DNA of 64,000 nucleotides from the human T2T-CHM13v2.0 reference genome, Homo sapiens: NCBI RefSeq assembly GCF_009914755.1, contig NC_060931.1. The stretch is one strand, 5' to 3'. Shown here one piece after another: positions 62,667 through 64,000 of this stretch. A program made the translations under genes and the position numbers. A model generated the notes under the pieces. The model saw only the letters and a list, made by a program, of their open reading frames with translations, was not told the DNA's origin and made no database searches. Position 1 is the first letter of the stretch, and each line of letters starts with the position of its first letter.

Positions 62667-63374
62667 TGTTTCCAAGTTCTTCTTACTTTGCTCTCTTTTA
62701 ATTATCTTTGTGTCAAAACATAGATCAAAATTTTCTGTTACATAATATGGGACCCCTCACACAACTGTCAGTGCTGTATTAAGTGAAGACAAGAGGGATT
62801 CAACTTTTCACTATACAACTAAACTCTTTAAGAATTTGTCATCCAACAATTTTTCCTCTAGCCACTGTGAATTTCTTATGGTTCTTTCCTTAAGTTTGGT
62901 TACAATAATCAGACCTCCACTCAAATTGCTTAAGTAAAAAGGGAGAAATCTCAGGAGGTTACCTCTTACAGAAATATGACTTGACCACAAAAGAACCGGA
63001 ACTAGAATTTGGAGGTGGTTCCTAAACCTGTTCTTTGCATTTCTGAGTGGTTGGATAGTCTGTCTCTCCTACTGATTATCAGGGATGACTGGTTACCTCA
63101 TCTTCACAAATGGAGATGACTGTTTCCAACTCCTCTCACTTTGGTCACTTTTAGTGTGTGTGGCCCAACTTGCCACCAGCTCCACATCTATAGGATCTAG
63201 ATAACCCCATGGCTCCATATTACAAAAATAATTTAAGATTAGCATCAAGATGTTTGCATAAGATGTTTGTGAGAGATAAAATGAGACTAAAATAAACACT
63301 GCAATGGTACTTATTAGGATTGAGGTGTAAATATGACTCTGAATTTCATAGGTTTTTTTGTCTTAGATAAGAAA

Positions 63375-63690
63375 GCCATGCGACAAGAGAGGCAGAGTCA
63401 GAGAAGATGCTACGCTGATGGCTTTGAAAACTGAAAGGGTCACAAGTCAAATAAGATGGGCAGACTCTCTGTCTCTGGAGTCTTCCTCAAGAAAACTTCT
63501 AGAGTTTTCCTAGCTTCTAAGCCAGGAAATGTGAGGAAACAGACCCTCTTCTGGAGCCCCCAGAAGGAACCAGCCCTGTGAATGCCTTGGTTTTAGCCCA
63601 GTAAGCTTCATTTCAAACTTCTGACCTCTAGAACTATAAAAGAATAAATTTGTGTTGATTTTTAAAAAATCTACTATTCTTTATATATAG

Positions 63691-63726
<36 letters not shown>

Positions 63727-64000
63727 TGTATTCACAACCTAGCGATGCTATAACAATACCGTAAACTGTTTAAAATAGAAATTTTTTGTCTCACAGTTTC
63801 AGAGGCTGGAAGTCTGAAGTCATGCTGTTGGCCGACCCACATTCCCTCTGAAACTGATAGGGGAATCCTCTGCCTCTTCCTGGCCTCTGCTGGTTTCCAG
63901 CAATCCTTGGCGCTGCTTGGCTGGCAGATGCATGATTCCAACCTTTCATCTTCACACAGCATTCTCTCCGAGCATCTTCACATCATCTTCCCTGTGTGTC
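63375..64000. mobile_element. Two opposed MLT1 LTR fragments (+ ~63375-63660; - ~63735-64000) around (CA)n at 63695-63725
   Basis: CTTCTGACCTCTAGAACTATAAAAGAATAAATTTGTG and its inverse TCTCACAGTTTCAGAGGCTGGAAGTC. Confidence 0.75.

Overview
Primate (most likely human) repeat-rich intergenic or intronic DNA. I recognise no cellular protein-coding exon, RNA gene or CpG island, and I cannot name the locus. Nearly all ORFs in the track are transposon-derived or low-complexity artefacts. Main structures: (1) a three-tier nest in which a MER41B LTR is split by a 5'-truncated L1PA, itself split by a two-LTR HERV-H (LTR7B-type) provirus with a GTTGT target-site duplication (TSD); (2) a full-length decayed L1PA6-like element that still has an open antisense ORF0, inserted in a MER33; (3) an L2 carrying an orphan poly(A) retrocopy with a 16-bp TSD, an AluY, and a MER63 holding an LTR9. 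Features not explained by repeats: several short locally templated duplications, including an inverted ~140-bp copy with a fold-back hairpin and a duplicated AP-1 site; a leader deletion removing most of the HERV-H primer-binding site (PBS) and its splice donor; and STAT motifs just upstream of the HERV-H promoter. Repeat subfamily calls come from recalled consensus sequences, not from a RepeatMasker/Dfam run.
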